From Spirochaetia bacterium (GTDB taxonomy: Bacteria; Spirochaetota; Spirochaetia; DSM-2461), in assembly GCA_963666985.2 (NCBI GenBank), contig CAXXIA010000002.1, forward strand, positions 672,001-736,000: DNA of 64,000 nt, read 5' to 3'. The position numbers and the translations under genes were made by a program. Numbering within the stretch: the first letter of the stretch is position 1; each line of letters begins with the position of its first letter. Below the pieces are notes generated by a model. The model saw nothing but the letters and a program-made list of their open reading frames with translations. It searched no databases and was not told the origin of the DNA. This document shows, piece by piece, positions 1-10,273 of the stretch.

Positions 1-1
1 C

Positions 2-649
2 CGGCCCCGCCGCCTCCCTGACGGCGGCGACAAGATTCACCATCCAATCCAATTCACCGGAAGAAAGCGGATAGCCGACGGCGCTGTCGAATCGGCTTCC
101 CGGAACGTCGAGATCAAATTTGAGGAAGTCATATCCTTCCTTCTTCATCATCCGCGCACGCTCGGCCGAAAGACGAATCTCATCCTCGGGATTTTCCGAG
201 TCATCCGATTCACCGGCCCAATCGAAATGCATCGGCTGAAGAACTTCATTCAGGGCCTCAAGAGACGAACCGCCGTGACAATCGGCGTAAACGCGTACGG
301 AGTCGCGCAAACGTCCTCCGAACAACTGCGCCAAGGAAACACCGGCGTATTTTCCGTATGCATCCAAAAGCGCCGCTTCGATTCCCGTAATAACATTAAC
401 CGCCAAACCTCCGTCGGACCCCGCTCCGGAAGCGGCGCTCCGCAGCATATTTACGATTTCCTTCGGCCGACTGATATTTCCGCCAATCAGCAGGGGAATA
501 AAATCCTCGAGGATTCCGGCGAAACCCGGCGTAAGAAAACATTCACCGGTTCCGTAAAGTCCGGCCGCGTCGTCCGTGTAAATACGGATATAATTCCACG
601 GGAAATTCCCGTACAACGTCATACCTTTGACGTCCGTTATTTTCGGCAT
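2..649 (-). CDS. Mandelate racemase/muconate lactonizing (enolase superfamily) enzyme, probable acid-sugar dehydratase; 3' end runs off the window
   Basis: Manual translation from ATG at 649 (GGAG RBS): MPKITDVKGMTLYGNFPWNYIRIYTDDAAGLYGTGECF...ITGIEAALLDAYGK...LFGGRLRDSVRVYADCH...GYDFLKFD. GxGE, 'ALLDxxGK' and KxD motifs. Not in the ORF track because it is truncated. Confidence 0.8.
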   Translation of the reverse strand, partial: MPKITDVKGMTLYGNFPWNYIRIYTDDAAGLYGTGECFLTPGFAGILEDFIPLLIGGNISRPKEIVNMLRSAASGAGSDGGLAVNVITGIEAALLDAYGKYAGVSLAQLFGGRLRDSVRVYADCHGGSSLEALNEVLQPMHFDWAGESDDSENPEDEIRLSAERARMMKKEGYDFLKFDLDVPGSRFDSAVGYPLSSGELDWMVNLVAAVREAAGP

Positions 650-696
650 TCAATAACTCCCGATTCTTGATGCTTCAATGAAATGATTCGGCCGAT

Positions 697-3060
697 TTAT
701 TCCGAGACGGCCGCAATCGCTTGATACAATTCCCAGATTCCCCGCGCCCGCTGATACATCGTGGCTCTGATGGAGGCTCGCTCTTTAATGCTGATGGCTT
801 CCGGAGTGGCGAACCACGATGCCAGAACATCGTCGGTCCAGCAGGCCGAGTACGTATCGAAGGCGGTTTTCAACGCCAAAGCTTCCATGCCGGAGTCGCC
901 CGAATCACGTGCGACGCGAACGGAGAGAGCGGCGAAAAGATATGTTACGCCGACCCAAGACTCATCTTCGTGCGCGGGGAATTCAGCCGTGGATGCGCTT
1001 TCGCCTTTTCCGACACGAGCGATGTTCGCGATGCCCACATCGCCGAATCCGTCTCCGTCGTAGTCGATATTGGGAATAACTCCGTATCGGAAAGCCGCTT
1101 TCACATGGTCACGAATTCTCTGCGGCGGCAGCACATACCCCAAACCGCTTACCAGAGGCATGATTTGACCGACGAACGCGTCGCCCATAATCACATGATT
1201 TTTCTCATTGTATTGATAATATTTCTCACTCTTGTTCCAAAGACGTGATTCAACCGCATCATGAGTCAGGTTCATCTGGGAAACAACGTCCTCTTTCGGC
1301 AGGAATTCGCCCGTCGCATCCTGAATATCGAGAATGGCCTTCAGGGCCCCGAGCCACAGAACCGCGTTGAATAAATGATTGTCCCGGTATTCGGAACTTT
1401 TCATCTCGCTCAAACCGTCGCCGTTCGTATCGGTTGTAAGCTGAAAATGATAGGTCTTGGCGATGGAAGGAAGAACATCTTTCAGAAAAGCATCATCACC
1501 CGTGTGTTTCCAATAGGCATGACACTGCTGGATGAATTTGGGAGAAAACTCCGACCACGGCGTCGTATCGAGTTCGTACTCGTCTTTATGCGGATACGTC
1601 AGATAATAATCGTCAAAAACGAAATACGGATCGTTTCCGGGGCTTCCGGCGTCATGAGGAAGGGCGCCGGTCGGGTTCTTCTCAATAAAATCCGAGTAAG
1701 CAAGAAGAATGTCACGTTCCAATTCCGGCCAAAGTTCACGGACAGCACGGCTTGAATGATGGCGGACATCGAATGTCTCGGCGAAAGGATACTCAAGACA
1801 CTCCATTACAAAAAACAGATGCTGTCCTTCCCTCGCCCCGAACTCCTTCGGTTTGGTAACGCAGCCGTTTTCCCAAAACGTTCCGCCGAAACTCATGTAA
1901 TAAAGCTCGTTAAGAGCTCCTGTTCGCAGCCAGCCGGGAACATTCCGATTTCCCGCAATCGGCTCCATCCAGGAATCGACGAGCACTCTCCAACGGTCCA
2001 TTTCCCGAAGACTCAATTCCGCAAGAGTGTTCAATGCCGTGCGCGTGTCCGGAAAATATTCCGTAAACCTTCGTTTCCAAACGGTTTTCCCGCCGAATTG
2101 AACAAGGGGAAAATTCCACGACAAAGAAAAGCGAAACGATTCCGAAGACTGCCTCGATATGGTTTTCGTCATGCCGACGGCCGCGGACGGACATTCGCCC
2201 TGCCCGCAGAGCGAAACATCTCCGCCGATTTCTTTCCGAGAAAGATATTGAAGAAGATCTCCCCCGTCTCCTTCGGAATCCCAGGTATCAACCGTAAAGC
2301 TCTCGGCTTCAGCGGCGATACACCAGCCGGTTCCCGCCGTTTCCACAGGATTATCCTCACCTGCCAATAATTCAACAGCGGAAAAATTCTCATTCCGGAT
2401 GCTTCGATTAAACAGACCGGAACGCCGAACAAGAAGCCCGGGCTGATATTCAAACATCCGCCGTTCGTCGCGGTTATGATGCAGCCCGTCTTCATCCGTA
2501 TATTGAGCGTTCGGAAACGCCAAGGTTATTCGCGCCGTCAGTTCCGAATCTGATTTATTTTCCACGTTTATGGAAAAACAACCGACGGGAAACGACGTTT
2601 CCTTGTAGTTTTTCGCCACAATCGGAGAAAAGAACTCCATCACCAACCTCAGCGCCTCGTTCTCGTAGACAATCCACCCTTTCGGATAAAGCGCGTGATA
2701 AACCGCCCCCTCGACCTGATGTTCTTTCCAGGCGGGCATGACATGTTCGGTGGACAGCACGATGCATCGAAACGGTTCATCACCCACCCGATAATGCAGA
2801 ATAAACGCGCCTTGGTTCGGAAAACGTTCTTCATAGCGTCCCGGTTTCATATGAAACGGTCCGAAGGAACCTGTCCAATTGAACATTAATGAGCCGGCTC
2901 CGAATCCTCCGAGCGGAATCCCTTTAAGGCTTCGGCGCTCCGTATTTTTTACCTCCGCTTCCCGAACGGAAATATCCGCCGATCCCGAACGATCGGCATC
3001 CATATGCCTCGACCACGCACGCTGATGCGGCCGAAAATCCGAAGTGGTGTTCTGCGACAC
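697..3060 (-). CDS. GH116 family glycoside hydrolase (GBA2/non-lysosomal glucosylceramidase-like), divergent
   Basis: N-terminal GIPLGGFGAG and YHALYPKGW...FFSPIV...YKETSFPV; LFNELY-like GALNELY; MECLEY..ETFDV; PHDAG; ESWVG; FATPEA; MYQR. Confidence 0.85.
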   Translation of the reverse strand: MSQNTTSDFRPHQRAWSRHMDADRSGSADISVREAEVKNTERRSLKGIPLGGFGAGSLMFNWTGSFGPFHMKPGRYEERFPNQGAFILHYRVGDEPFRCIVLSTEHVMPAWKEHQVEGAVYHALYPKGWIVYENEALRLVMEFFSPIVAKNYKETSFPVGCFSINVENKSDSELTARITLAFPNAQYTDEDGLHHNRDERRMFEYQPGLLVRRSGLFNRSIRNENFSAVELLAGEDNPVETAGTGWCIAAEAESFTVDTWDSEGDGGDLLQYLSRKEIGGDVSLCGQGECPSAAVGMTKTISRQSSESFRFSLSWNFPLVQFGGKTVWKRRFTEYFPDTRTALNTLAELSLREMDRWRVLVDSWMEPIAGNRNVPGWLRTGALNELYYMSFGGTFWENGCVTKPKEFGAREGQHLFFVMECLEYPFAETFDVRHHSSRAVRELWPELERDILLAYSDFIEKNPTGALPHDAGSPGNDPYFVFDDYYLTYPHKDEYELDTTPWSEFSPKFIQQCHAYWKHTGDDAFLKDVLPSIAKTYHFQLTTDTNGDGLSEMKSSEYRDNHLFNAVLWLGALKAILDIQDATGEFLPKEDVVSQMNLTHDAVESRLWNKSEKYYQYNEKNHVIMGDAFVGQIMPLVSGLGYVLPPQRIRDHVKAAFRYGVIPNIDYDGDGFGDVGIANIARVGKGESASTAEFPAHEDESWVGVTYLFAALSVRVARDSGDSGMEALALKTAFDTYSACWTDDVLASWFATPEAISIKERASIRATMYQRARGIWELYQAIAAVSE

Positions 3061-3090
3061 TGTGTGTACTCCTTTATTTATGAACAGAAA

Positions 3091-3915
3091 TCATTCTTTA
3101 ATAGCCGTACCGGCAAGACCTTCGATGAGATGCTTTCGGCCGATAATCATGAGAACAATCGTCGGAACGGTACCGACGACCAATGCCATCATCCGTCCGC
3201 CGTAATCGGCTCGAAACATACCGCCGAAAGTCGAGAGGGCGAGAGGAACCGTATACAAGCGACTCTCATTCACCATAACGAGCGGGTAGATATAATTATT
3301 CCAGGACCAAATGTATAACAGCAGGACAACCGTTAATAACGCGGGCTTCAGCATCGGCAGTACAATCCGGAAATAAATCAGCGATTCGGATGCGCCGTCC
3401 GAACGCGCGCTTTCCAATAAAGAGTTAGGGATAGCCCCTTGAGCGTAGCTCCGGACGAAATAAACCCCGACTGCGTATGCCATGGGAGGAATAATGAGGG
3501 GCAGATGAGTATTCATCCAGCCCAAATATTTCATCTCGATCGTAAGCCCCACAAGCGACAGCTGCGGCGGAATCATAACGCTTCCGAGCACCGCCATGAA
3601 CAGAAGATCTTTGTACCGGAACATAAATTTCGCGAAGGCATAACCAGCCATGGAAACAATCAGCGCCCCTCCGATGGAGGTTAAAGCGGCGATGTAAAAA
3701 CTGTTGAAGAAATATCGGGCGAATCCCGCGCTTAAAACGGCACGAAGATTTTCCCCGCCATGAGTTCCCGGCAGCAGCGGAAGTTTTGTCAGAATACGTT
3801 CACTCGTATGAGTACTCATCACGATCATTTCATAAAACGGTAATATTCCGAACAGCGAAATCACGACGATTAAAATAATCACAGGAAGGCGCCTGCGGAG
3901 GTTGTGGTTCATCAT
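3091..3915 (-). CDS. Carbohydrate ABC transporter permease (MalG-like)
   Basis: Multiple TM helices; EAA loop 'LLESARSDGASE'; WSWNNY. Confidence 0.9.
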   Translation of the reverse strand: MMNHNLRRRLPVIILIVVISLFGILPFYEMIVMSTHTSERILTKLPLLPGTHGGENLRAVLSAGFARYFFNSFYIAALTSIGGALIVSMAGYAFAKFMFRYKDLLFMAVLGSVMIPPQLSLVGLTIEMKYLGWMNTHLPLIIPPMAYAVGVYFVRSYAQGAIPNSLLESARSDGASESLIYFRIVLPMLKPALLTVVLLLYIWSWNNYIYPLVMVNESRLYTVPLALSTFGGMFRADYGGRMMALVVGTVPTIVLMIIGRKHLIEGLAGTAIKE

Positions 3916-3930
3916 TTAACTTCCTCCACC

Positions 3931-4836
3931 CTAGTTATTTCGAGTCGTGCGAATCAGTCCGATTGAAAGAACGAACGTAATGACGAACATAATCACGGCA
4001 TTGGCCGCACCATAGCCGAATTCGAAGTTCCGAAAAGAAATGCTGTAAAAATTCATCAGTAACGTAAGAACGGCATCCCGAATGCCGCCGAACGGTAATT
4101 TTGAATATGTCATAACCGCGACGGGTTCGTCGAAAAGCTGCAGTCCGCCGATAATGCTCGTTACCGATAAGAAAATAAGTACGGGACGCAATAGTGGAAT
4201 AACGATATGAAACAGCCGATGATGCCACGAGGCTCCGTCTATCTGCGCCGCTTCCGACAAGGAATCCGGTATCGTCTGAAGACTGGCTATAAGGATAATC
4301 GCCATATATCCGTAGTACCGCCACACAAGGAGGAAAATAACCACCAGCTTTACAAGAACCGGATGCGTAAGCCAGCCGATCGGTTCGTCGGTAAGCCCCA
4401 CATTTAACAAGAACCGATTTACAAAACCGATTTTTCGATCGAAGAAATATTGAAAAAGGATTCCGATTGCAAACGGAATAATCAGATAGGGAAGAAAATT
4501 TAAAATGCGCACCAATGATGTATATTTTCTCAAAAAATCCCACAGAAGAAACGCAATCAGCAAACCAATTCCAATCTGCAGCGGAATCGCCGGAAGAATA
4601 ATCGCCAAAGTAACAAGGAGAGAATTCCAGAAACGAACATCGGTAAAAAGCTTCCCATAATTTGAAAAACCCGCGAATTCCGCACCGGAAATCCCGTTCC
4701 AATCAAAAAGACTAACCCCTATTGAGAACAGCATGGGGAAAACCGCAAACGCGATAAATACCGTAAAAAAAGGAATTAAGAAAAAATAAGCCGTTCGGGC
4801 AAGATTACGTTTCAAAAAGAACCTCCGATGCGACAC
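3931..4836 (-). CDS. Carbohydrate ABC transporter permease (MalF-like)
   Basis: EAA motif 'SEAAQIDGAS'; GxxNY; FEFGYGAA; GTG start. Confidence 0.9.
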   Translation of the reverse strand: MSHRRFFLKRNLARTAYFFLIPFFTVFIAFAVFPMLFSIGVSLFDWNGISGAEFAGFSNYGKLFTDVRFWNSLLVTLAIILPAIPLQIGIGLLIAFLLWDFLRKYTSLVRILNFLPYLIIPFAIGILFQYFFDRKIGFVNRFLLNVGLTDEPIGWLTHPVLVKLVVIFLLVWRYYGYMAIILIASLQTIPDSLSEAAQIDGASWHHRLFHIVIPLLRPVLIFLSVTSIIGGLQLFDEPVAVMTYSKLPFGGIRDAVLTLLMNFYSISFRNFEFGYGAANAVIMFVITFVLSIGLIRTTRNN

Positions 4837-4899
4837 TCATCCATTCGGTAAATCATGGGCCGCCGGGCGGCCCATGAAGAAATCAATTCAAACTTTTTC

Positions 4900-6192
4900 T
4901 CAGCGATTTATAATGCTGTTTCGAACCAAGTTGTCATCCACCATTTCCATGATTCGAGAAACAGTTAATGCAGGATTCTCATTTAATTCCGCAACCGCTT
5001 CTTCTATAACCTCCGAGACTTGACTATCCATCGGATCGGCGGCACGCGACGGCGCCATTTCAGGACGAATATTCTGAGCGAAGAACGCAAGAATATCCTG
5101 TCCTCCAAAAAACGAATCCGGTTCCGAGTAGAAATTCAAATCATCGTAAACGGGAGTGTGTGGTGAAAAATATCCAAGATTATCTCGATTGGATACGGCT
5201 CCCTCCTCGGAGAAATACGTCCATCGAATGTATTCGTATGCGGCTTCTTTATCCTTGGCCTTGGAAGGAATGGCGACTATTGTGCCGCCATACAGGAATC
5301 CGCCGCCCGGAGGAACCATCAAGCCCCACTTCCCGGCAGTATCGGGAGCGTTCGCTTTGAACACCCATGTGGGCCCCCATGTCGCGCAGGGATAAAACAT
5401 GCAGTTCCCTTCAAGAAAGGACTGATTCCACGCTGCGCTGTCACGCAGAATATCATTAACAAGCTCTTCCCGGCGCATCATTACCAGACGTTCCATAACG
5501 GGACGCAGCGCCTTATCCATATTTGATTTTCCATCAATTAGAAACGGCTCAGGACTTTGTGTCTGCATAGCGAAATAGGCATCATCAACTCCGGGAAACA
5601 AGAATGCTTTACCATTCGATTCAGCTTTCATCTTCCGGCCGAATTCAATTAATTTATCCCAAGTGTTAAGAAGAGCGCCAAGTTCTTCCGGATCGTCCGT
5701 ACCGGCGTATTGAAGAGCCAAATCACGTCTGTATGCAAAACCGGCCATCGGAGGTGAAACCTCAAAGCCAACAAGTTTCCCCTTCCAGTAAGAAACCGGC
5801 TCGAGGCAATCCAGCAATTTTGATGTATCGGCATTGTACGGCGCCTTGCTGAGATCTTCCCAAATATCAAGAGCGAGCAGACTGCCGCGCTGACCTCGTT
5901 CCATCCAGATTACATCCGGTAATTCGGAACCCGAAGTGATGGTTGCCTGCAATTTTTGATAAATCTCATCTACGGGAACCGCTGTAAAAGAAACCTCAAT
6001 TCCCGGATGAGTCGTGTAAAAGTCATCAATTACGGATTGCTGATTTTTCTGCGGTTCCCACGTCCATACATTCACCACAGCCGCATCCGACCGATCACCC
6101 GCGTCCTGTTCGCCATTTGCAAAAACAGAGACGAATCCGGCAAGCATCAAGAACAGTAAAAAAACATTCTTGACGACATTTCCCTTTTTCAT
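4900..6192 (-). CDS. Carbohydrate ABC transporter substrate-binding protein
   Basis: ATG at 6192 preceded by GGAGG; signal peptide MKKG...VFANG; 'ELPDV', 'YRRDL', 'GGTIVAIP...KEAAYEYI'. Confidence 0.88.
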   Translation of the reverse strand: MKKGNVVKNVFLLFLMLAGFVSVFANGEQDAGDRSDAAVVNVWTWEPQKNQQSVIDDFYTTHPGIEVSFTAVPVDEIYQKLQATITSGSELPDVIWMERGQRGSLLALDIWEDLSKAPYNADTSKLLDCLEPVSYWKGKLVGFEVSPPMAGFAYRRDLALQYAGTDDPEELGALLNTWDKLIEFGRKMKAESNGKAFLFPGVDDAYFAMQTQSPEPFLIDGKSNMDKALRPVMERLVMMRREELVNDILRDSAAWNQSFLEGNCMFYPCATWGPTWVFKANAPDTAGKWGLMVPPGGGFLYGGTIVAIPSKAKDKEAAYEYIRWTYFSEEGAVSNRDNLGYFSPHTPVYDDLNFYSEPDSFFGGQDILAFFAQNIRPEMAPSRAADPMDSQVSEVIEEAVAELNENPALTVSRIMEMVDDNLVRNSIINR

Positions 6193-6207
6193 TGCTACCT
6201 CCATTAA

Positions 6208-6367
6208 TTTAAACGTTTCAATTAGATTATATTGCAATCTCCACACTGTCAATGCAAAGATATTATAATATTTATCTTATTATATAATAACATTTTAAAT
6301 GTTTTCCCATCCTTGAGCCATATAACCATTCCTCACAATTCAATCAAATACGATTCAAACGTTTTAA
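6208..6367. promoter_or_regulatory. Two LacI-family operator-like palindromes in the divergent promoter region
   Basis: TTTAAACGTTTCAA (6208-6221) and TTCAAACGTTTTAA (6354-6367), both with the AAACGTTT core typical of LacI/GalR sites, between the SBP gene and the LacI gene. Confidence 0.65.
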
Positions 6368-6404
6368 TTAATTTCTCTTTTTCGGCTGTTCGCATTGCGC
6401 GGTA

Positions 6405-7472
6405 ATGCTCTATGATATTCGACAAATGGACGGAGGCGTCAATTCAAAGCAAGAAGTCTCATTACGCGAGGTAGCCAAACTAGCCGATGTTTCAATCGCC
6501 ACGGCATCCCTCGCCCTCAGGAATAAAGCGGGAAGCCTCGCCACGAAGGAAAAAGTCCTGCGCGCCGCAAAGCAGCTGGGGTACGTAGCCTCTTCTGCCG
6601 CAAGAACACTAAAATCAGGAAGAAGTTCCGTAATCGGCATCTACATTTTTTCAAATCCCGACGGCAGAAATTATGCCGATGAAAGTGCGTTCTTCTATCA
6701 ATTCATTAAAAGCGTGGCGGACACGGCCCGCATTAATAACCATGGTGTACTAATCGAAGACATCCCTTGGGACGTCAAAGCCGATGAAAATAACCTGCTG
6801 AAACATATACGGGGCGGCTACGTTGACGGAGTAATCCTGATTCCGCAATTCGACTATCCATACTATTTCCTTGATGAAATCGAAAGAACGGGCATTGCGT
6901 ATTGCATCTGCAATCCGGCGGACACTACGAAAAATCTCTTCTCCATATCGTTTGACAACACCGCCGCCGCACGCTTGGCCGTAACGGAATTGCTGAGTCG
7001 GCCCGTAAAGCATTTGGCAATTGTTCACGGACCGGTCAATCACGTCGAAGCGAAAATGCGCGCCGCCGGGGCCGCCGACATTACCGCCGATCTTAAAGAC
7101 GATATCTCAATAAGCATCCACTATGGCGATTTCACGATTGAAAGCGGATATGAAATCGGCAATCGTATCTTCGCGACTGAAAACCACCCGGATGCGGTCT
7201 ATGCGGCAAACGACTACATGGCCGTCGGCATTATGCGAAGCGCCATAGAACACAGCCTCCGCATCCCGACCGATGTGCGCATCGTAGGAACGGACGACAA
7301 CGAAGTGTGCCGGGCCGTAACTCCGCAGCTTACGACGGTCCGCAACCCGATATACAAAATGGGAGTACTCGCCGTCGAGTCCATCTTCACACAGCTGTCG
7401 CTGGAATCGGAAGCAACGGGAAAAAACGAAAAAACCATAAAGGCTGAGCTGATTATTCGCGGTTCTTGCTGA
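6405..7472 (+). CDS. LacI-family transcriptional regulator
   Basis: HTH 'SLREVAKLADVSIATASLAL'; AANDYMAVG; PQLTTV; true start could be slightly downstream (e.g. 6426). Confidence 0.92.
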   Translation: MLYDIRQMDGGVNSKQEVSLREVAKLADVSIATASLALRNKAGSLATKEKVLRAAKQLGYVASSAARTLKSGRSSVIGIYIFSNPDGRNYADESAFFYQFIKSVADTARINNHGVLIEDIPWDVKADENNLLKHIRGGYVDGVILIPQFDYPYYFLDEIERTGIAYCICNPADTTKNLFSISFDNTAAARLAVTELLSRPVKHLAIVHGPVNHVEAKMRAAGAADITADLKDDISISIHYGDFTIESGYEIGNRIFATENHPDAVYAANDYMAVGIMRSAIEHSLRIPTDVRIVGTDDNEVCRAVTPQLTTVRNPIYKMGVLAVESIFTQLSLESEATGKNEKTIKAELIIRGSC

Positions 7473-7641
7473 AAGATTAATATGGCGGGAAACAACGAAT
7501 CCTTTAAGAAGAATCTGAAGAAATATAATAAAACAGCGGCTTCCGTTATCCACGGATAAGCCGCCGCCGCTTCGGTTGTCATGATTATCCTTATTCTCTT
7601 TAAAACGAACAAGGATAACCTGTATTAATCTCTAAATAACG

Positions 7642-8373
7642 CTAACCGCCCAGATACGCCTTCTTCACCCGCTCGTCGTTCCGAAGTTCCTCCGACGAAC
7701 CTTCCGCGATGATTTCCCCGGTATCCAGAACATACCCCCGGCTCGCGAAGTCCAGCGCGATTTTGGCGTTCTGCTCCACCACGAGGATGGTGGTATGCTT
7801 CAGCTTGTTGATCTCCCGAAGGGCCCGGAACATGTCGTACATCAGCACCGGCGCCAATCCCATGGACGGTTCATCGAGCATGATGAAGGAACTGCCGGTC
7901 ATCAGTGCCCTTCCCACGGCCAGCATCTGCTGTTCACCGCCTGAGAGCGACTCGCTGCGCTGCTTGCGCCGCTCTTTGAGTCTGGGGAACAGGGAATACA
8001 CCATATCCACGGCTTCGTGGATTTCCTCCGTCTCTTCCTTTCGGGCATAGGTGGCCAATTTCAGATTCTCCGCCACGGTCAGGTTGCCGAAAATATGCCG
8101 TCCTTCGGGAACCAAAGAGAGCATTTTCTTCTGAACCAATTCATGCGGTTCTGTTTTCAGAATGCTCGTTCCGTTATAGAGGATGTCCCCGCTTTTCACT
8201 TCCGGCGCTTCCGGACGAGGAAGGCGCGCCAGGGACATCAGCGTCGAGGTTTTGCCGGCACCGTTGGATCCGATGAGGGTAACGATTTCCCCTTCGTCCA
8301 CATGAAACGAAACGCCGTGCAGGGCTTCGATGGCGCCGTAATTAACCACCAGGTCTTTGACTTCGAGCAGCAT
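7642..8373 (-). CDS. livF: Branched-chain amino acid ABC transporter ATP-binding protein
   Basis: GSNGAGKT, VPEGRHIF, LSGGEQQMLA, LDEPSMGLAP. Confidence 0.93.
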   Translation of the reverse strand: MLLEVKDLVVNYGAIEALHGVSFHVDEGEIVTLIGSNGAGKTSTLMSLARLPRPEAPEVKSGDILYNGTSILKTEPHELVQKKMLSLVPEGRHIFGNLTVAENLKLATYARKEETEEIHEAVDMVYSLFPRLKERRKQRSESLSGGEQQMLAVGRALMTGSSFIMLDEPSMGLAPVLMYDMFRALREINKLKHTTILVVEQNAKIALDFASRGYVLDTGEIIAEGSSEELRNDERVKKAYLGG

Positions 8374-9146
8374 CAGATTTCCCCCTCTCCCAGATAGGCC
8401 TTGATGACTTCGGGGTTGCTTTGGACTTCATCGGGCGTACCGGTCATCAGCTCCCGTCCGAAGTCGATCACCTTAATCCGGCTGCACAGGGTCATGATCA
8501 CCTGCATCTGATGCTCGATCATCCAGATCGTTAAATCGAAATTTTCCTTAATCCAGCGGATATAGTGGATCAGCTCCACCACGTCGGCGGAACTTAAACC
8601 CGCCGCGGGTTCGTCGAGCATCAAAAGATCCGGCTGCAGCGAAAGAGCCCGGGCAATTTCAACGCGCCTCTGCACGCCATAAGGCAGATTCTTGGGCATC
8701 TCGTCGGCCAAATCGGCAAGCTGGAATTCCTCAAGCAGTTCCCTGGCAACCCTTTCCAGCTCCTTCTCGCGTTCCTTGTATTTCCGATTGTGCAGCAGAG
8801 CGTCCCACAGACCGTAACCCAGCCGGTAATGCTGAGAAATCTTAATGTTGTCCAGAACGGTCATATCGGACCAAAGCCGAATGTTCTGAAAAGTCCGTCC
8901 GATCTGCCTGGAGGCGATCTGATGAGGCTTTAATCCGTTGATTCGCTCACCTTTATAAAGAACATCTCCTTCGCTGGGAACGTAGAACCCGCTCACCAAG
9001 TTGAATACCGTGGTTTTACCGGCGCCGTTCGGTCCGATAAGGCCGACGATTTCACCTTTTTTAATATCGAAATTCAAATTCGAGACTGCGGTGAGTCCGC
9101 CGAAGCGGTGCGTGAGATCTTTGATTTCAAGGAGTGTTTCAGCCAT
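8373..9146 (-). CDS. livG: Branched-chain amino acid ABC transporter ATP-binding protein
   Basis: FGGLTAV, GPNGAGKTT, RTFQNIRL, LPYG, LDEPAAG. Confidence 0.93.
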   Translation of the reverse strand: MAETLLEIKDLTHRFGGLTAVSNLNFDIKKGEIVGLIGPNGAGKTTVFNLVSGFYVPSEGDVLYKGERINGLKPHQIASRQIGRTFQNIRLWSDMTVLDNIKISQHYRLGYGLWDALLHNRKYKEREKELERVARELLEEFQLADLADEMPKNLPYGVQRRVEIARALSLQPDLLMLDEPAAGLSSADVVELIHYIRWIKENFDLTIWMIEHQMQVIMTLCSRIKVIDFGRELMTGTPDEVQSNPEVIKAYLGEGEI

Positions 9147-10263
9147 TGAACCCCTCCTCCGCAGGTGCTCCGGAAACAGCGTTTCCGCCGCCGGAACTCT
9201 TCCCTGCCCCGCTTCCCGTACCGCGGCCCAAAATCCGCTTTAAAGCCGGAAACACATCGGTCAGCTCCCTGTTTCCAAGCAGTCCTTCGGGCCTGAACTG
9301 CATCAGCAATATGAGCATGAGCGGAATAATAACCCACTTGAGAATCTGCAGAGGCCGCAGGGCTTCCAGCATAAGGGTGAACAGCACCGCCGAAAGCACC
9401 GAACCGCTCAAGGAACCCATACCGCCGAGATAAACCATCACAAGGCCCTCGGTGGACTTGAAAATGTTGAACGAAGCCGGATTCACGAATCCCATGACAT
9501 GGGCGAACAAGCCACCGGCAATCCCGGCGAGGCCGGAAGAAAGCATGAAGGCCACGAGCTTCATATGATTCGTATTAACACTCATAATCTCGGCGGAAAT
9601 TTCATCATAGCGGATGGAAGAAATCCCCTTGCCGAACGTGGAGTTCATCACCCGTCTGATTACCACGACGGTAAGCACCACGAAAACGAAAATCCAGATA
9701 ATCATATAGGGCAAATCGATAACGCCCTCCATGGCCCGGAGAGTTTTCTTCATGCCCATGAAGCCCCTCGAACCACCCACGGCTTCGATATTGTTGATCA
9801 GCGTTACGATGATGAAGTTCGCCGCGATGGTGATGATGGCCAGATAGTCGTCCCGGGTTTTGAATGACGGGATGGCCACCAAAAGACCGAAGACGGCCGC
9901 GACGAGTCCGCCGACGATAATCACGAGGGGAAACAAAATCACCGCAGAACCGGGGGGCAGCAGCGGTTCCCCGGTAAAATCATTCGGCGAAAACAGAATC
10001 ACCGATAATACCGAAGAGACATAGGCCCCGACGGCCATGAACCCGCCGTGACCGCAGGCGAACTCTCCCATATAGCCGTTCACGATGTTCAAACTGGCCG
10101 AAAAGATAATGTTGATGCCGATGAACATCAGCACCGACTGGATGTACTTGTTGATCACCCCGCCCATGGTCAGGCCGAGGATAAGAATAAAAAGCCCAAG
10201 AACGGCAAGAGTTCCGACGGGCAGGCGCGTTTTGCGCTTCGCAAGTGCAGGTATATCGTTCAT
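9139..10263 (-). CDS. livM: Branched-chain amino acid ABC transporter permease
   Basis: SLNIVNGYMG..GHGGFMAVGAY, DYLAIIT, GGMGSLSG, FRPEGLLG. Confidence 0.9.
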   Translation of the reverse strand: MNDIPALAKRKTRLPVGTLAVLGLFILILGLTMGGVINKYIQSVLMFIGINIIFSASLNIVNGYMGEFACGHGGFMAVGAYVSSVLSVILFSPNDFTGEPLLPPGSAVILFPLVIIVGGLVAAVFGLLVAIPSFKTRDDYLAIITIAANFIIVTLINNIEAVGGSRGFMGMKKTLRAMEGVIDLPYMIIWIFVFVVLTVVVIRRVMNSTFGKGISSIRYDEISAEIMSVNTNHMKLVAFMLSSGLAGIAGGLFAHVMGFVNPASFNIFKSTEGLVMVYLGGMGSLSGSVLSAVLFTLMLEALRPLQILKWVIIPLMLILLMQFRPEGLLGNRELTDVFPALKRILGRGTGSGAGKSSGGGNAVSGAPAEEGFNG

Positions 10264-10273
10264 GCCGCGCCTC

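Noticed and set aside
227..670. 147-aa plus-strand ORF in the track
   Set aside because: Antisense to the enolase-superfamily gene, which has an RBS and family motifs
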